In this document: piece after piece, positions 28,335-32,000 of the stretch
How the letters are laid out: each line of letters opens with the position of its first letter
Numbering within the stretch: position 1 is the stretch's first letter
Assembly (NCBI RefSeq): GCF_900187275.1
Contig: NZ_LT906458.1
Coordinates: 2,190,001 to 2,222,000 of the forward strand
Reading direction: 5' to 3'
Source: Pasteurella multocida
GTDB lineage: Bacteria > Pseudomonadota > Gammaproteobacteria > Enterobacterales > Pasteurellaceae
Length of the DNA stretch: 32,000 nucleotides
Position numbers and translations under genes: made by a program
The notes under the pieces: model-generated
The model's input: only the letters and a program-made list of their open reading frames with translations
What the model was told of the DNA's origin: nothing
The model's database searches: none

Positions 28335-29414
28335 TCAACGAGAGAAAGTTGGTAGAGATAGTAGGTGATTGGGATCATCTGGTAAACAAATGAAAGCAGA
28401 AAGTTCGGCTAAACGATCCCAAATATCTTGGCTAAATGTGTGTTTCGCTAAACGTTCGATCTCTGCTAGCGCTTGAATAATCAAATAAAGCTGTTTGTAA
28501 TTCAAGCGTTTAAAGGCTTGAGTAAAGAAAGGGCGTCGATTTTGCCACACTTTTAATTGATCAAATTGTTCACGCAGTTGATGAGCAGGGAGGGGCGTGG
28601 CAAGGGTGACAGGATGTGATGGCTTCGCCAATCCTAATAAGGTGAGCAAATCTCGTTGTAACGTCCGCAATAAAATAATGGGCTCCATTTCCTCTGCTTT
28701 TAACCCTTCTAAAATACGTTGGGCGCGTTTACTTTTACCTTCTAACAGCGCATCGACCCATTGAAATGGTGTGAACACTGAGGTCTGAGCAATAGTGGAT
28801 TGTACTCGTGCATAACTGATTTTGTTGTCAGGATAGAGTAAAGCAAGGAGCTGCAAACTTTGTTTTAAGGCTAATAAGTTATTTTCATGGCTATAACAAA
28901 GAAGTTGGATTGCTTGCTCTTCAATCTGTAGTCCCATACTTTTCGCACGCAACGCGATCCAACGAGGCAATTGCTCAATGGTTGGGGTTTGGCAATGCAC
29001 GAGTACGGCTTCCGGTTCATACTGATTAGCTTGGATAAACCATGTTTGTTTTTCAGTCGCTTTGTTCAGTTTAGGCAATTGTAGTATTAACAGGATGTCA
29101 TCGTTGAGGAGTGAGATCAGTTCTTGTAAACGAGTTTGTAAACTTGCACTGAGGTTTTCAGGTAAATTAAGAAACAAAATCTGTTTATTGAAAAACAAGC
29201 CAATGGATTGGCAGCGTTCAAAGAGATCAGACCAATTAGTATTCTGATCAATTGTGATGACATTTTTTTCGTCAAAACCTTGCTTGAATGCATATTGATT
29301 TATGCGATCTTGATTTTCACTTAACAGTAACGGATCTTGCCCTACGAAATAATAGAGCTTGGCTAGTTTGTTTTGTAGAGCAGATCCTAATTGTTCTGTG
29401 AAAATCCGTTGCAT
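28335..29414 (-). CDS. holA: DNA polymerase III subunit delta
   Basis: 359-aa ORF. The N-terminus, MQRIFTEQLGSALQNKLAKLYYFVGQDPLLLSENQD, parallels E. coli HolA (MIRLYPEQL...YLLLGNDPLLLQESQD). Its start codon overlaps the lptE stop (TAATG). Confidence 0.85.
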   Translation of the reverse strand: MQRIFTEQLGSALQNKLAKLYYFVGQDPLLLSENQDRINQYAFKQGFDEKNVITIDQNTNWSDLFERCQSIGLFFNKQILFLNLPENLSASLQTRLQELISLLNDDILLILQLPKLNKATEKQTWFIQANQYEPEAVLVHCQTPTIEQLPRWIALRAKSMGLQIEEQAIQLLCYSHENNLLALKQSLQLLALLYPDNKISYARVQSTIAQTSVFTPFQWVDALLEGKSKRAQRILEGLKAEEMEPIILLRTLQRDLLTLLGLAKPSHPVTLATPLPAHQLREQFDQLKVWQNRRPFFTQAFKRLNYKQLYLIIQALAEIERLAKHTFSQDIWDRLAELSAFICLPDDPNHLLSLPTFSR

Positions 29415-29917
29415 TATTTTGTCTGAACTTGATGTTGAAGAGCAACCACTTTATTAATTAACTGACGTGCAGCTTGCTCGCGCATATCATGCCAAATCAC
29501 TTCTTTTTCGGCAGATTTTGCTAAGGCTGCGCGCGAGTTATCGAAGAACGTGCGATTCACTTTAGTTGAAATCGGGAACGCAGCTTGATTAGGCAATTTT
29601 ACCATTGCCTCTACTTCTAAAATCAGCATTTTTTCTGCTTCACGACCTTGTTTGAAAATTGACGCAACTTGATCATGCATAGTGATTTTATTTAAACGTA
29701 ATACGGGAATATTTGCTTGTCCCTCGACCAAATGAATATTATTGAGCTGTAGCTCTTTTCTTAAGGTCAACGTCATTTCACTGTAAGGATCGCTACTTTC
29801 AAGCGTAAGGGTTTGCAACGCAGACGGAATGAGTCCGCCATTTTGAAATTGAAAGCCACATGCTGTCAGGAAAGTAAAAACTGCTGTGAGCAAAATTGTT
29901 TTGAGTTGTTTCAACAT
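29414..29917 (-). CDS. lptE: LPS-assembly lipoprotein LptE (RlpB)
   Basis: 167-aa ORF with the lipobox LTAC-G. It lies between leuS and holA, as in E. coli. Confidence 0.85.
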   Translation of the reverse strand: MLKQLKTILLTAVFTFLTACGFQFQNGGLIPSALQTLTLESSDPYSEMTLTLRKELQLNNIHLVEGQANIPVLRLNKITMHDQVASIFKQGREAEKMLILEVEAMVKLPNQAAFPISTKVNRTFFDNSRAALAKSAEKEVIWHDMREQAARQLINKVVALQHQVQTK

Positions 29918-29930
29918 ATTGTGATCCTTA

Positions 29931-29954
29931 ATTTCCCTCTAGGAAGAGGGAAAT
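29931..29954 (-). other. Perfect 10-bp stem-loop in the leuS-lptE spacer, abutting the lptE RBS
   Basis: ATTTCCCTCT (29931-29940), a 4-nt loop, then AGAGGGAAAT (29945-29954). On the minus-strand mRNA it is followed directly by TAAGGATCACAATATG (the lptE SD and start), not by a T-tract. Confidence 0.4.
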
Positions 29955-29972
29955 ATCAAAGAAAATTAGGAA

Positions 29973-32000
29973 TTATTTTGCCACAAAGCTAAATAATTTT
30001 CCCGGTACATAGATGGTTTTCACAATGTTTAAACCTTCTAAGTGTTTGGCTACATTGCTATCTGCTAATGCGACTTGCTTGATATCGTCTTCTGACATTT
30101 CTGCAGGGACGGTCACTTTGGCACGCACTTTACCATTCACTTGTACCACAACCAATTTTTCATCGTCAACCATCGCTGCTGCATCGGCTTCTACCCAAGG
30201 GGCAAAGTCAATCGCTTCTGTATTACCTAAGTCTTTCCATAATTGGAAACAAATATGTGGTGTGATTGGGTAAAGCATACGTACGACGGCACTTAATGCT
30301 TCTGCCATAATCGCGCGATCTTGTACTTCCACTAATGGCGCTTTAGTTAATTTATTCATTAATTCCATAATCGCGGCAATGGCAGTATTGAAGGTTTGAC
30401 GACGACCGATATCATCACTCACTTTAGCAATCGTTTTGTGTACATCACGACGTAAAGCTTTTTGTGCGCTTGAAAGTGCGGTCGGTTCTACGGCAGTTTC
30501 TGCGGGATGTTTGTTATATTCAAACACGAGATTCCATAAACGTCCTAAGAAACGTTTTGCCCCTTCGACGCCTGATTCTTGCCATTCAAGGGTCATTTCT
30601 GCTGGTGACGCGAACATCATGAATAAACGCACGGTATCCGCACCGTATTTTTCCACCATTTCTTGTGGGTCAATGCCGTTATTTTTCGATTTTGACATTT
30701 TGGTCATGCCAGAATGCACTAATTCACGTTCCTCTTTGTCGTAGGCTTTTAAAATACGCCCTTTTTCATCACGTTCAAGGGTCACTTCCGTTGGGGACAC
30801 CCAAATACGCTCATTGGTTGGTGAGGTGTAGTAGAATGCATCGGCTAACACCATGCCTTGGCACAATAATTTGTCTGCGGGCTCATCGCTCGTGACAAAA
30901 CCTGCATCACGCAATAATTTGTGGAAGAAACGGAAGTACAACAAGTGCATGGTGGCGTGTTCAATTCCGCCGATATATTGATCCACGGGTAACCAATAGT
31001 TTGCTTCGTCCGCATCTAACATGGCTTCCGCAAATTTTGGTGAGGTATAACGGGCGTAATACCATGAAGACTCCATGAAAGTATCAAAGGTATCCGTTTC
31101 TTTCAGTGCTGGCTGACCGTTGTAAGTGGTTTTTGCCCATTCTGGATCGGCTTTAATTGGACTTTTCACGCCGTCCATCACCACATCTTCTGGTAATTCA
31201 ATTGGCAGATCTTGCAATGGCGCAGGCACCACCTCACCATTTTCTAAGGTAAGCATTGGAATTGGCGCTCCCCAGTAACGTTGACGAGAAACACCCCAGT
31301 CACGTAAGCGGTAATTCACTTGACGTTTTCCTTTGCCAAGCGCTTCTAATTTGTCTGCGATCGCATTAAATGCGGCATCAAAGTCTAGACCATTAAATTC
31401 ACCTGAATTAAACAAAATACCATGCTCACAATAAGGTAATTCATGTTCAAGTAAAGGCTCACCATTAATCGGCTTAATGACATTAAGCAGTGGTAAACCA
31501 TATTTACGAGCGAACTCAGCATCACGTTCATCGTGTCCAGGCACTGCCATTACTGCCCCGGTACCGTAGTGCATTAACACAAAGTTAGCCACCCAGACCG
31601 GCACTTTTTCCCCTGTTAATGGATGAATGGCATACACACCAGTCGCCATGCCTTTTTTCTCCATTGTGGCAAGCTCAGCTTCAGCCACTTTGGTATTTTT
31701 GCATTCTTGAATAAATTGGGCTAATTCAGGATTATTTTCTGCCGCTTTTTCTGCTAAAGGATGTGCAGCGGCCACGGCCACATAAGAGACGCCAAAGAAG
31801 GTATCTGGACGTGTCGTATAAACGGTTAAATTGTCTTCTGAATTGGCTAACTGGAAGGTGATTTCCACCCCTTCAGAACGCCCGATCCAGTTACGTTGCA
31901 TGGTTTTTACTTGATCTGGCCATGATGGAAGGTGATCTAACCCGCCTAATAATTGTTCGGCATAATCTGTGATTTTGATAAACCATTGTGGAATTTCTTT
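29973..32000 (-). CDS. leuS: Leucine--tRNA ligase (partial; the N-terminus lies beyond the window end)
   Basis: The frame stays open to position 32000 ([18 protein letters not shown]...[14 protein letters not shown]), which matches LeuS upstream of the ORF-track methionine. The KMSKS motif is present ([11 protein letters not shown]). Confidence 0.95.
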   Translation of the reverse strand, partial: KEIPQWFIKITDYAEQLLGGLDHLPSWPDQVKTMQRNWIGRSEGVEITFQLANSEDNLTVYTTRPDTFFGVSYVAVAAAHPLAEKAAENNPELAQFIQECKNTKVAEAELATMEKKGMATGVYAIHPLTGEKVPVWVANFVLMHYGTGAVMAVPGHDERDAEFARKYGLPLLNVIKPINGEPLLEHELPYCEHGILFNSGEFNGLDFDAAFNAIADKLEALGKGKRQVNYRLRDWGVSRQRYWGAPIPMLTLENGEVVPAPLQDLPIELPEDVVMDGVKSPIKADPEWAKTTYNGQPALKETDTFDTFMESSWYYARYTSPKFAEAMLDADEANYWLPVDQYIGGIEHATMHLLYFRFFHKLLRDAGFVTSDEPADKLLCQGMVLADAFYYTSPTNERIWVSPTEVTLERDEKGRILKAYDKEERELVHSGMTKMSKSKNNGIDPQEMVEKYGADTVRLFMMFASPAEMTLEWQESGVEGAKRFLGRLWNLVFEYNKHPAETAVEPTALSSAQKALRRDVHKTIAKVSDDIGRRQTFNTAIAAIMELMNKLTKAPLVEVQDRAIMAEALSAVVRMLYPITPHICFQLWKDLGNTEAIDFAPWVEADAAAMVDDEKLVVVQVNGKVRAKVTVPAEMSEDDIKQVALADSNVAKHLEGLNIVKTIYVPGKLFSFVAK
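30474..30482 (+). repeat. Uptake signal sequence (Hin-type USS), inside leuS
   Basis: Exact AAGTGCGGT 9-mer. Confidence 0.8.

Noticed and set aside
1-32000. A search for mobile elements, CRISPR arrays, defence or toxin-antitoxin modules, prophage remnants, tRNA/rRNA genes, or an accessory island that could host a novel system.
   Set aside because: Every ORF longer than 100 aa that is not antisense to a recognisable gene is a recognisable housekeeping or competence gene. Intergenic gaps are 180 bp or less. I saw no direct-repeat arrays, no terminal inverted repeats, and no integrase, transposase or recombinase-like translations. I could not compute composition, but nothing looks visibly atypical.

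Overview
This window reads as compact, syntenic core chromosome of a Pasteurellaceae-type gammaproteobacterium. The assignment rests on eight perfect Hin-type uptake signal sequences (AAGTGCGGT) and on gene order that parallels E. coli and Haemophilus. The genes, in order, are: talB-tktA; the rpsU-dnaG-rpoD macromolecular-synthesis operon (minus strand); tsaD, a small membrane ORF and tdk; gor and rlmJ; pdxST with a divergent MocR/PdxR-type regulator; mrcA (PBP1A) divergent from the competence pilus/secretin operon comABCDE (the hofMNOPQ/pilMNOPQ equivalent), which runs straight into aroK-aroB-dam; a DUF721/DciA-like gene divergent from secM-secA-mutT; a small secreted protein; and leuS-lptE-holA (minus strand, leuS truncated at the window edge). 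Intergenic space is minimal, with the largest gap about 180 bp. I found no tRNA or rRNA genes, CRISPR arrays, transposases, integrases, prophage remnants or defence-island-like accessory genes. I therefore cannot honestly point to a new multi-gene system here. The items most worth a second look are small or regulatory: (1) a 104-codon secM-like ORF that ends in a hybrid arrest motif, F-x10-PPIRAGP, three codons before its stop; (2) a near-consensus CRP-S (Sxy/TfoX-dependent) site that overlaps the mrcA start codon upstream of comA; (3) a perfect 9-bp inverted repeat carrying back-to-back -10 hexamers between the DciA-like gene and secM; (4) an inverted USS pair that forms a terminator only 12 nt before the mutT start codon; and (5) two short, uncharacterised but well-supported ORFs. 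All product calls come from recognising the translated ORFs by eye. No searches were run.
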